Part shown: positions 41,411 to 52,020 of the stretch, in pieces
How positions within the stretch are numbered: the first letter of the stretch is position 1
How the letters are laid out: each line of letters begins with the position of its first letter
Assembly (NCBI GenBank): GCA_044892525.1
Contig: CM097885.1
Span: 109,492,001 to 109,556,000 of the forward strand
Source of the DNA: Schmidtea polychroa
Taxonomy: Eukaryota
Length of the DNA stretch: 64,000 bases
Direction: 5' to 3'
Program-made: the position numbers and the translations under genes
Notes under the pieces: model-generated
The model's database searches: none
What the model was told of the DNA's origin: nothing
What the model saw: the letters and a program-made list of their open reading frames with translations, nothing else

Positions 41411-42013
41411 CTAAACTTTTTCTGAATACATACGTTGTTTAAAATCAAGATATAAAATAACAATTTTATTGTCATCAACAGAGCCACTGGGATCAGTTTT
41501 GAATAATAACAGTTTGTCCATTTCAATATCATAAGATAATGCCATCATTGAACAACCTAACGGTCGCATCTCAGCCGATTGGGTGTAAAGCTTATTAATA
41601 TCCGCAATAGAACTACATATTATGTCACAAGCCATTTCATATCCATTTTTATATCTAAATCGAGCTGCTTCCATTTGTGCACGACATACTTGAGATCGAT
41701 AATCAGGGATCATACCAGTCATAACACCTCCAGGACTTTCAGTAATATTAAACAACCTTGAAGCTGAACTCTTCTCAATCATTTTATCTGGAACCTTTCT
41801 TTGTGTAGCTACTACATCACAATTATTGCCTCGAATACCAACGGAAAGCAATCCACCAAATAAATTTGATATTAGTTGGCCAAAAACACCATTAACGTTA
41901 TCAAGATCTCTTGGGGTCATGGAAAAGGAACCATCAGTTTCGTTGGTAGTATTTCCCATTTCCATTTCTTCATTAAAAGCAGCCATATTTGATCGGAAGC
42001 ACATAAACTCCAA
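41411..42013 (-). pseudogene. PSMA6: Chimeric ORF: degenerate RT segments flanking an in-frame, intronless proteasome subunit alpha type-6 (alpha1) fragment at ~41483-41857
   Basis: GGLLSVGIRGNNCDVVATQRKVPDKMIEK...LFNITE..GGVMTGMIPDYRSQVCRAQMEAARFRYKNGYE...IADINKLYTQSAEMRPLGCSM...FKTDPSG aligns with the PSMA6 core as I recall it (GGLTSVAVRG...TQKKVPDK...VYTQNAEMRPLGCCM...YKCDPAG). The flanks resemble RT motifs: MTPRDLDNVNGVFGQLISNLFG vs MPFGLxNAPxxFQxLM, and EKV*DAI vs PEKVxAI. Confidence 0.85.
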
Positions 42014-42090
42014 AAAACCGAAATCGATACCATTAACAACTCTCTAAATCCATTCACATTCAAAAATCTAATTAACTTCTAAATCTCTTG

Positions 42091-42237
42091 CTCGCGTCTG
42101 TGTGCGCACACAAGCCAAAAACAAAGAAAAGACAAGCGCACACAGACGCGAGATAAACTAATAATCCAACACAAAAATGACACTGCTTGCGTCTGTGTGC
42201 GCATACAAACCCATAATACAACGCGCACAGAGACGCG
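42091..42237. repeat. Two tandem GC-rich hairpins inside the LTR element
   Basis: 42091-42107 CTCGCGTCTGTGTGCGC pairs perfectly with 42136-42152. 42188-42202 pairs with 42223-42237 with a couple of mismatches. Confidence 0.85.
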
Positions 42238-42247
42238 AATTGACCTT

Positions 42248-42649
42248 CTAATTTACCATACGTCTTGTTACAATATCCTTGACAATCATATCTTCTGTTT
42301 GATTTGCGGAAAGAACTTCACGAACTAATTTTCTCACTCTGATTACAAAATTTTCAAACCTTTCGTCCGATCTCTGCTTTATCAGACTCATGTCTTCGAT
42401 ATTTTGCAAAAAACTTTTGAATTTTACATATTTTAAAATAAACCAACTCCGGTTCCTTAAAGGCCATCCATAACTCTTTTGCGTCTTTTGTAATAATAAA
42501 TCGAATACTGCTTTTAAATTGAGCGAATTTATCGTCACAAATTCTTCAATAGATACAAGCCAGTCCTTTGCATTTTCTTCTTTTCCTCCAAAACACTTCT
42601 TTATCACTGGGTAAATTGAATCTTGAATATTCCTTGTCAAAGATTCCAC
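42248..42649 (-). pseudogene. Retrotransposon Gag remnant
   Basis: FGGKEENAKDWL (FxG...WL) and KQRSDERFENFVIRVRKL (major-homology-region-like) motifs just downstream of the PBS. Confidence 0.75.
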
Positions 42650-42693
42650 AATTTTCTACCTTTGCTGTGATCTCGTCAGAGATGCGATTTCGG

Positions 42694-42704
42694 CGTGGTC
42701 GCCA
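42694..42704 (-). other. Primer-binding site TGGCGACCACG (tRNA-Arg(UCG)-type 3' end)
   Basis: Starts at the last base of the 5' LTR with TGG. Complementary to a tRNA ending CGUGGUCG-CCA, as I recall for metazoan tRNA-Arg(UCG). Confidence 0.75.
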
Positions 42705-42811
42705 GTAACATTTTCATTATTAATCATTAAGACTAACACGCTATTTTCAAATATATATTTTAATATAAAATCCGAATATTTAAACAATATATTAATTTAA
42801 ACATCGTCACT
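42704..42811 (-). repeat. 5' LTR (108 bp)
   Basis: AGTGACGATG...ATGTTACT; direct repeat of 39641-39748 with 10 substitutions by my manual alignment. Confidence 0.92.
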
Positions 42812-42868
42812 CTCCTTACTCGTCGTCGGATCACAGAACATCGAGTCAATGGATACGTCAAGAACAAA

Positions 42869-43231
42869 TCAATAGTTTAAATAATTTAAAATTAACAAAG
42901 GTAATCTAAATATTGATGTACTCATATTTGCAGCAATATTGATTGAAATCGGTAACGTCGAATTGTTTTTCAAATATTCTATTAATCCTTTGATTGTTTG
43001 AATTTCGCTTAATAATAATTCAATCTTTTTTAACAAATGATCATGCTTCTTATCAATAATTTTCATATTCTTTTTATTTTCAACAAAAGAGTTATTGAAA
43101 ACTTCAATATGATCAATCAATTTAAATTTTATATTTTGTATATATTCAAATGATAGTTCATAGCAGTTTTCTAATTCTCCAATCTTTGAGATATTTTTAT
43201 CCTGGATGCTTTGCCCATTTTGGTTTGTCAA
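42869..43231 (-). CDS. Small hypothetical coiled-coil-like protein (120 aa)
   Basis: ATG-started 120-codon ORF in AT-rich DNA with a heptad-like stretch (HLLKKIELLLSEIQTIKGLIEYLK). Divergent from the Bcl-2-like gene. No recognised family. Confidence 0.45.
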   Translation of the reverse strand: MTNQNGQSIQDKNISKIGELENCYELSFEYIQNIKFKLIDHIEVFNNSFVENKKNMKIIDKKHDHLLKKIELLLSEIQTIKGLIEYLKNNSTLPISINIAANMSTSIFRLPLLILNYLNY

Positions 43232-43474
43232 GAATATATAAAATATCCATCAACTTGGCAGCATTCAAACAAACACATATTGATTTATTAAAAGACTCCA
43301 GTTATTGTTGTATTGTGTATCACACACTCGTTATAATAATTAGCAATATGAATATAGTTTTCATGGTGTATCAAATCAAAACTCGTATATATTTTACATT
43401 TATAGTCTATCAACCAATCAGAATCATGTGGTATTAGTATAAATAAAAATATTATATTTTAAATTATTGTAGAA

Positions 43475-43960
43475 ATGTCGCAACCTAATTTTATTGAAAA
43501 CCTGGTAAATGAAGTAATCAACAAGAACATTATCGAAAGCCTCAGTTCCCTGATCGATCGGACCGAAAAAATCATCGAGGGGAATCATATTGATTACGAA
43601 GATATGCTGAATTCGGAATGTTTGGAGACGAAGAAGTTCTACTTTAATAGAATATTCGATTGTCTATGTGATGAAGAAATGAAGTGGACCCCAATAATAG
43701 TAGGATTCACTTATATGAAGATCATCATTGAAAAATGTTTATGGGACTCAGAACACTATTATCAGTGGTCTCAAGAAGTAATACTTTTATAATTTATATT
43801 TTAATAATATTTATTTTCTAGATAATCAAGTCCAAGTTTACACCATGGATAGAAGCCAATGGAAATTGATGAGCATCAAAGAAAGTTTAAAAACTATATT
43901 AAACCTGCAACAGGTGTTGCTATTTTGTATGTAATTTCTAGATTTTTGAATAAAAATTAA
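43475..43960 (+). CDS. Bcl-2 family-like protein; exon 1 43475-43777, 44-nt intron, exon 2 from 43822; +1 frameshift at ~43864 before the C-terminal membrane anchor
   Basis: BH3-like LSSLIDRTE, BH1-like FNRIFDCLCDEEMKWTPIIVGFTYM (vs NWGRIVALF), BH2-like FTPWIEANG after a GT-AG phase-0 intron. The +1 frame continues IDEHQRKFKNYIKPATGVAILYVISRFLNKN* (transmembrane segment plus basic tail). Confidence 0.7.
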
Positions 43961-44028
43961 TGTAGTTATGTTGTTTTATTTTTTTAAATAAATATTAAGA
44001 AAGTATAAGAAATAATTAACTAAATTTA

Positions 44029-44390
44029 TTAATTAAAACATTCACAATCGTCATCTCCACATTTCATTACATTTTCAACGACATGATCAATACAATCATT
44101 CGTAATATTTTTCGTGTCTTTAGGTTCATCTATAGGTTCATCTATAGGTTCATAGATTTCCTCATCAATTTCTTGAGTATCGGTTTCTTGAGTTTCTTCC
44201 TGATCATCAAATCCTGAATCTTCACTCTCAACTACCCAGCCGATATTTAATGCATTTGTAACAGATAATATGTCCTCAATTTTTACACCAGCTATTTCTG
44301 CTAATTTTTCCAACAAAAAGTTGATTACAAATTCTAAATAATAAATAATTCGTTAATTAATTAATCATGTTAACCTTTTTCTGCAGTCAT
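44029..44390 (-). CDS. Small acidic protein with a Cys-rich tail; exon 1 44390-44375, 41-nt intron, exon 2 44333-44029
   Basis: ATG ACT GCA GAA AAA G|GTTAAC...TTTAG|AA TTT GTA joins in frame to the supplied 44029-44316 ORF: MTAEKEFVINFLLEKLAEIAG...EPIDEPIDEP...CGDDDCECFN*. Confidence 0.6.
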
Positions 44391-45179
44391 TTTTATCACT
44401 TTAAAACTATATTGTAAGTTTGTTTATAGACTTTCTTTGTTAAATTTGCATGTCATTTGCATTAATGTTGCAATTTCTTTTTTAATAAAGAGAAAAACAT
44501 ATATGACTAATACATTTATTAAATACATTAAATATAACATTAAAATATTTGTGAAAGTCTAGCAGACATAATTTTTCAAATAGGAGAATATACATCATTA
44601 TTATCAACTTTATATCCCTGGATTGCAATTGTTATGCTTATGCTTATGCTTACGCATTGGCCAAAGAGGAACTATGTTCTTCATTGGAGGCTTCTCAAAT
44701 TGTATATAGAATTATGTGTGGTTGTTGTAAATATTCATAGATGTATAAAATTTAAACAAGGATCTATATTTAAATCGTATATAGACACTAATACATCTTT
44801 AAGATCTTGTTTCTAAGAATCCATCTAATTACATTTAATAATGTTATGATGTACGAGCGATTATAAAGGTAAATTTACACTATAACATTCATAATATATT
44901 TGATACAAGTTTCACTAAATCTATATTTTGTCGTTTATATATTTTTTTCTAAAATTAATATCAGCCATCTTGGGTTACAAAACGGACAGAATTTGCAGGG
45001 AAATAAGTGTTTAAATATGTAATTAAGTGATCACTTGAATTTTATCGTTTATTCCTTATTTTTTAAGCAATAGTTTCATTCCCATTTCATCCATCCATCC
45101 TTTTCTAGAACGTAAATAAAAACACTTGATGGAATTTTATATTTAGGCAGAGTTTTTCATTTTAAAATGAGCATGGAGT

Positions 45180-45860
45180 GAATTTCTTTTTCACCCGTAC
45201 AATAGTAATCCAAAACAATAGTGCGTCTTTTCGTGGCCTGTTTTTACCAAAATTGATTTGGAACCCTTTGATTCCATATTAAAATTTCATGGAACATTAA
45301 ATGTCAACAGTACTCCATTCATATTTTCGATTTGATTAAGGTCAAATTGAAAATTTTCAATAACAACCCTATTTCTTTTCATAAATCAAAAGCAATGAAG
45401 ATGTTCCTTTCAAATTTCATTAGAAACTGCCCACCGTTTCACTTAATTATTTACCGACGCTTCTATTCTATTTTTCAATTGTTATTCTAGTTCAAGCAAA
45501 TTTGTTAAATTTTCACAGAAAATGTTTCTTGTTTTTAATCTATATGTCTAGTTTTTTTCTTGTTTTCTTTATCCTCTTATCCTTTTCTCTGTTGTTGGTG
45601 GATTGAATTGTCGTTCAGCCGCTCTGTTTCCACGTTTTTAAGCATAAATAATTATTTGCAACTCAGTATTCATCATAAGAATATCTTTGTAAGTTCAAAC
45701 TCATTTCTCTTTATCCTTATGGGTAGACACTTTAAAATCATAATAGGTTTAAAACAAAACTTTTGTAAAACAATTAAATAAAATAAAATATTGGAAAATC
45801 TTATATAAAATGTTTGACATACAAAAAATTTATCACATTTTTCTTCATTCCGGACTGAGA
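45180..45860 (-). mobile_element. Decayed pogo-like (POGK/Brinker-DBD type) DNA transposon fragment
   Basis: Minus-strand LQIIIYA*KRGNRAAERQFNPPTTEKRIRG*RKQEKKL at ~45545-45665 resembles the Brinker-type N-terminus of pogo transposases. An AAGACGCAC terminal-type motif lies at ~45220. Confidence 0.6.
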
Positions 45861-45954
45861 TGCACAACAATTTTAAAGCAAAAATAAGTACAAAAAAGTA
45901 CGTACAATAATCCGAAAAATATGGTAATTTTTGTATTCAATTATCCTACTAATC

Positions 45955-46205
45955 NNNNNNNNNNNNNNNNNNNNNNNNNNNNNNNNNNNNNNNNNNNNNN
46001 NNNNNNNNNNNNNNNNNNNNNNNNNNNNNNNNNNNNNNNNNNNNNNNNNNNNNNNNNNNNNNNNNNNNNNNNNNNNNNNNNNNNNNNNNNNNNNNNNNNN
46101 NNNNNNNNNNNNNNNNNNNNNNNNNNNNNNNNNNNNNNNNNNNNNNNNNNNNNNNNNNNNNNNNNNNNNNNNNNNNNNNNNNNNNNNNNNNNNNNNNNNN
46201 NNNNN
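45955..46205. other. Assembly gap (251 N)
   Basis: Run of N. Confidence 1.
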
Positions 46206-46753
46206 ACTGGAACATTTATTCAAGTAATTTCATTAACATAATTCTTGGTGCTAATGAGCACTTATATATATCAAGAAGTGTTACAAATAGAAGTTTAATA
46301 TATTAATTGTATCAAATAAAATGAGATATTGTAGCATCAGTTGTTTCTGATTGGTTAAAAATATATAAATTTTCTTATTTGTTTCATTTGATAATCTTTC
46401 ATATTTTTCAAATATTTTTGATTATAAATTATCTGGAAAATTATTCGTTTTTTAATCTACAGGCAGATATGACCCAATAAACTCAGATATTTAATATATA
46501 GAATGGCAGAGGTTTCCAACCAGTGCATCGCAAGTATGTTACAAATGCCCCGTTAAATATGAAACATTGGCCATTTTATTATGATTTTTCTTACTTTTTT
46601 TGGTTGTAACCTATATAAATAAATACAATGTTCATACACATTTTATTGTTAAATCAGATTTTTTAGGGTTTTGGTGATCCACTAATTTTTGTTATAATCA
46701 TGAGTGTTTCGTAATTTCAAAAGGTCCATGAGTCACTCCGCTTAATACAATTA

Positions 46754-47115
46754 CAGTACCTACTCTCTTATCCGCCATAAACGGAACTATGAAAAGAGGT
46801 GACGATATCTAGAAAATGGCGGCTTTTAGAATAAAAAATAATAAAATTTATTAAAAAATCTAGTAAAAAATTAGTTCCTTTATTATCCAGTTATCCAAAG
46901 TCATATTTAATACAAAAATAGCAAAAATTATAAACAAAAATAATTAATAAAATATATTATTAACCGTTTGCGGACGAAATTAATTTCGTATAAGCCATTT
47001 AAGGCCAGCACTGCTGGACTACCGTCCACAAACGGTTAAACCAAATTACACTTATTTATATTCATTTTTGCAAAAATAAATTGGCGGATTCCAGAAAGTG
47101 GTGGATAAGAGACTG
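46754..47115. mobile_element. Tc1/pogo-type MITE with TA target-site duplication
   Basis: TA|CAGT(ACCTACT)CTCTTATCCGCCA ... TGGTGGATAAGAGACTG|TA; imperfect terminal inverted repeats with a 7-nt deletion in the right arm. Confidence 0.55.
46964..47035. mobile_element. 72-bp piggyBac-type mini element nested in the MITE
   Basis: TTAA|CCGTTTGCGGACG ... CGTCCACAAACGG|TTAA: 13-bp TIR with 1 mismatch and a TTAA duplication. Confidence 0.75.
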
Positions 47116-47775
47116 TATATGGTTATAATCAGAAATTTATTTATAAAATTTTGACTTAAATTCTGTATATAATAGTGATGACACCAAATATAATGTTTAA
47201 ATTATAAATAGCCCGTGATAAATAGCCCGTCAGTCGCGAACTGCAGCTCAATATATTATTTAGATGATTTTATTCGGTTATACCCGTATAAAATTTAATA
47301 ATTTAAGCCAACTATGGTTGGAATAACCGATACAGAGGTTATTAAAGAAATATTACGTTATCCTTTTCCGATGTTTGTTATTGGTGAAATTGTTCTTTAT
47401 TATCGTGGTATTCCTACCTTATCTCACACCTTCAAAAATGTGCAACTACTTGGATGTGAGGCTAAAAAAGTGATTACATTAATGAATTGTTTGACTTACT
47501 ATTTTGAATTGTTAAACGATGGTTTTATGTTTATTTTAGGTAATTGTTTTCTCAGTTGAGGTTTTGTTTTTTTCCCGTGAAAAATGTTTTCAACAATATT
47601 CTAAAGATGGAATAAATTGATAATAAAAACATTTGAACAAATTGCTAGTCTTTCTAAGCTTTATTACTTTCTTTAGTAAACTTCTGAATAAAATTCATAA
47701 TAATTGTGTCCAATTTTTTAAAATTTGAAATGGTTCAATGGTAATTTTAAATTTGTGAAAATCTACAAAGTTTAC

Positions 47776-50078
47776 TTTTTATCTCCGGAATTAGTTGCAT
47801 CGTCATCTAAGCTATCAGTCTCCACATGGCTAAGGGAACTTTCTGAAAGTGCAGTGAGAGAGAATCTGATGGACGATCTACCTCTTGGTATTTGATAAAT
47901 TGGCGAATTTTCAGACGAAATTCCGACAATTAAGGAGGAACCAGAAGCCGATAAATTTGGCAAACTTTCTCCAATTTTTTGTTTCATTATTGAACGAGGA
48001 CGGATATTCCTTAAACACTCGTGTGAAATTCTATGTATAGATCGGTTATCATTCAAATTATGAAAGGAAGATTTCATTTCGATATCTTTTCCTAATAATT
48101 CAGTTGACACTCCAATAGAGGTGTACCTCTTCTCCGATTTTTGAGTTACTTTTAATTTATCATTTGAAAATGTTTGAACTTCTGATTTTGATGTCTCATC
48201 TAGTAGACTTAGAGAGCTTATATAATATTTCTTTTCAAAATTAAATGCAGGTTGGTCAACAGATAACGCTTCGACGGACTTAATTATATTCTCCGATATC
48301 AATTCATTAAGAGAATCTTAAATTGTAAAACTTTAAGAGGCGCAAATTTTATAATTAAATACCTTCATATTGCATGTCTTCAAAAGAGCTCCGAGAAGTC
48401 TCTCTATACATAAATTTGGTAAAATTATTATTAAATTAAAATTTTATTAACGACATAAAGTGCCAAACTAACTTTAAATAACAACATGTTTTAAAGGGAG
48501 AAAATTAATAAAAAATTTGGCCCAAAGTGATATAACTGTTTTTAGCTATGACGCCCTTTCTCCCTTTACGAAGATTAAATAAATTTTTAAAGTAATTCTT
48601 AAAGTATTTTCGGGAAATGTTTGTAGAAATGGAGAAATGGAGTGCTAAACCAATATTGTTTATATTTGAAAGCATAAGAAAGAACCATATACGGTTTTGG
48701 AGGTTAACAAACACTTATCCAGTGAGTCTGATCAAAGTAGATGAAGGAAGGTATAGGTAAAGGTTGGCACGAAGCGCTAGTGCTAAGTATGTGGATAGGA
48801 ATTTACAGAATGTCAATACATCTACTTTTAATATGAATGGGACAAGTTATCAATTAACGTAGGTCACTTTTAAGTGATACTTTCCCGAAAAACGATGGAT
48901 TAAAAGTAATTATGCAGCAACCAAAAAATGATAAGCTGATTAACATCTTTTGTAAAATTTATAAACATTCATTTCTTTTTTAACTAGATTGACAAGACTT
49001 ACGACATTATATTAGAAGGAAATATATATAATTCATAATAATTTTAAGCAGGCGAAAAATAATAGTCAGAGAAATCCTGAAAGAGTGAAATGTGCTCTTT
49101 CTATTAACATAAAATTTCAAAATTTACATAAATATTGAGGAGTATGAACTACTTATCCCTTTAAGTGCGGAGTTAAATTTCATAAAAAGTCAGGAAATGT
49201 GTCAATTATCCATCAAAAATAAGTTAAAGATGTAATTGTGATTTGAAAATTTGAAACACGTGTAGAACAATCAAGGAAACATAATACATTCAGTAAATAT
49301 TAAAAAAAAAATTTTCACCCAAGGGTTGTTAAAAGTAGAAACAAAGGTCTATTCGATAGTATTCGGATTTATCCGCATTTCGCTTGTTAGAGGGTTAAAA
49401 CTATTTTTCTGTTTAGAAAAGATTTTTGTAAAAAAATGCAGTTTGAATGATAGTAAAAAGAATATTTACAAAGATCGTGCAAAACCTCAATATAATTTAA
49501 GAAAAATAAAGGGAGAATTAAAGAAAATTAGAAAAATTAACTAGGAATGGAATCAATATAGAAGCAAAACTATAACGAAGAAACGTTTGAAAATATATGT
49601 ACGGATAGATTTGGAAATCACAATTAATTAAAGAAAAGCTGACTTTAGCCTTATCGGTGAAAGTAAACAAATGATTATCAAGACAGACTGAAGGGTGGGC
49701 ATTTATTTTCCCAGTGACATCAGAAAAATATCAAAACTACATTCTAAACAAGTTGGTCATTATCCTTGATAATCTGCCATAAAAACCTTATTTTATAGCA
49801 CTTCAAAACACAAAAATTAAAAGCCGAAATATTTTTTTGGAATAATTAAAAATATCTAACAATATTTTCTGTTAAAAATAAAACAAAATAATAATAGTCG
49901 AAAAATATAATAAATAAAATTGTAAAAAAATCATCGATATTAATGAATAAAAAGAATTTAGTGAAATACAGATAAAAAATAATCGAAAAATACTTTATAA
50001 AACGAAAATTACAAATAACCAACTAAAAAATTCATACCTTTGAAGCAAAGATTCCTTGGATTCGTTAATTTTCTGCAT
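47776..50078 (-). CDS. Three spliced exons (50078-50038, 48403-48363, 48316-47776) encoding a Ser-rich low-complexity segment, inferred tail of the kinesin
   Basis: All are GT-AG bounded and phase-consistent (0 to 2, 2 to 1, 1 to 2), with a 46-nt intron at 48362-48317: MQKINESKESLLQR|ETSRSSFEDMQYED|SLNELISENIIKSVE...ATNSGDK(K). The third exon is the supplied 47772-48302 ORF. Confidence 0.72.
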
Positions 50079-50380
50079 CTAAAATAAAGTATTGAATAAT
50101 GTGAATAAATTGCACTCAGTGCTAGCTTGTGTGCAAACAGCACAGTAACAGAGCAGCACTGTGCAAAAAGTTGATAATTACAATAATGCAAACATGATTA
50201 ATATAAAATTTGAATATTTGATTAACAGTCTGAATTTGTATAACCGCGTAAAATTTGTTTTAATGAAGCTTATACAGATTATCTTTTTCTTTATCTATTT
50301 AGATATGGTTTCGATAAAATAACATATTTATAGTTTGCCTATTTTTATGTAGTGATTTAGTTATAATATAAAGGATTCCC

Positions 50381-50732
50381 GGTACTTCCGTGTTATCTTA
50401 CCCCCAAAAATTAAATTAAAAAAGAATACATATAATTATTATATTTGTTTTCTAAATTACAGTTACAAATTCAGCAAATGTTTGTAAAGAGTTTGTAAAT
50501 GGTCATCCAGGTGGCCTGAAAACCACAATGTCGTTTCGAATAGTGTCGAACACATCGGCACTGTTGCTTAGAACACGTTTGCGCCACATAAACTCACATA
50601 ATCACATAAATCACAGATAGCCTCTATAAATTCATGTTCAATAATGTTCAATAACGTCATCAATTTTTTATATTGTTATTTTAATTTTATTTTATAATTT
50701 AATTTTTGGGGGTAAGATAACACGGGAAAACC
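50381..50732 (-). mobile_element. Merlin (IS1595-like) deletion derivative
   Basis: ~38-bp TIRs starting GGTAC/GGTTT, 8-bp flanks GGATTCCC/GGATTCCA (7/8 identical). Internal minus-strand LCEFMWRKRVLSNSADVFDTIRNDIVVFRPPG* resembles the Merlin transposase C-terminus. Confidence 0.8.
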
Positions 50733-51929
50733 GGATTCCATTTAAAAAAATACCAAATAAAACTTGAAATTACATTAAAAGTAAAAGTCGAAGTTGGGAA
50801 AAATTGAGCTCAAATTAAACCTATGGATTTTCATTTACAATATAAATTTCCTATCTATATTATATTTATTTAACAATTGAGTGAATCAATAAAGATATCA
50901 AAAAACATCGATATATTTACTGATTTATAGTCAATTTTTTAGAAATTACAATGTCAATGGAAAATGACAAGAAATCAGAGGTGAAAATCAAAAGAAGTTC
51001 TTATAATTCGTATCAGTAAAATATATTATTTTCACTATTGATATTTTTTATTTTCAAATTTCTTTATTTTTATATTTTTACAAAATCCTTATATCTTTTA
51101 GATAATTTGAGAGATCTATGTAACCGAAATGTCCCATTCGGTCCACCATCACAAGTAATACATTTTGCAAAATTTTAAGTTCCATTCCTTAGATCCATTA
51201 AATCATTTACGAAAGGGTTTTTAGAAGCATCATTTATATCATGATTTGAAACTTTAACATGGTATTGTTCAACTACATTTTCGGTTGAAATTCGACAAAA
51301 TGAACTTCCAAAACATATTGCAAAGAAAATCTTCCAAAAGATGGTTATTAAAAATTCATTGAAAATCCTATGATGTCGCTTTTTCTTCAAATTTATAAAG
51401 TTCTTAAACTGATTTACTTTTCATGAATTATTTTGGATTTACACAAAATTATTTAATTTAAACAAAGACAAATAAATAAAAAATTTCAGAGAAGCGGTTG
51501 AAATGAATTACGACTGATAAAATAAGTGAAATTTAAAACACAAAAAATTAATTAATTAACTTTCATCCGCCCGGGTCTATTTAGACCCAAAGCAAAATGA
51601 AATAATTTTTTTTATTCAATTCATGTATCTTTTTTCGTATTGAATTTATGTAAAATATTTTATTTATTTATTTGAATTTATTATTTATTATAAATCATTG
51701 TAATAAGATAAGCAAAATTCATTTTTTTACAAGAAAAACAAATTAAAATATTAAAATAATTGTGTTTTTAAAAGAATCCCAGAACAAGGATAACATTTAG
51801 TTTAAATAATTGCTTAATGGTGAAATTTGGTTAAAGAAGGGTAAATAATACTTCAATTGTCAACTTTCAAAAACAAACAAATCCAATTCTTAACTTAAAA
51901 ATTTGATTTTATATTGACAAAACGACTCG

Positions 51930-52020
51930 ACAAAAATAGTGGTAGCATCTTTATCATTTTGAGAAAGGATAGAAAGCTGCTCAGTCATTTCGCGATCTCA
52001 ACAAACCCTTCGAGTCGAAA
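51930..52020 (+). mobile_element. Mariner transposase N-terminal HTH fragment
   Basis: HLYHFEKG*KAAQSFRDLNKPF resembles the Mos1-type HTH start. Confidence 0.5.

Larger units (their letters stand above)
39641..42811 (-). mobile_element. Complete, internally deleted/decayed Ty3/gypsy LTR retrotransposon (3171 bp)
   Basis: Two 108-bp LTRs (AGT...ACT termini), perfect 5-bp target-site duplication CTCCT (39636-39640 and 42812-42816), PBS, PPT, and gag, RT/RNase H remnants and integrase in gypsy order. Confidence 0.93.

Noticed and set aside
41483-41857. A functional proteasome alpha-6 gene
   Set aside because: It lacks the N-terminal (YDR/FSP) and C-terminal thirds and is embedded in retroelement pol sequence.
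45873-46241. ORFs spanning the N-run (also 61089-61331)
   Set aside because: Artefacts of translating assembly gaps.
47314-47559. 81-aa plus-strand ORF, and other short isolated ORFs (35774, 38027, 43150, 48505, 49326, 56063, 57226, 58281)
   Set aside because: No recognisable motifs or splice structure; expected by chance or antisense to features called above.
51175-51390. 71-aa ORF as a gene
   Set aside because: No splice support; KNPFVNDLMDLRN only weakly recalls an hAT transposase C-terminal region, too weak to call.
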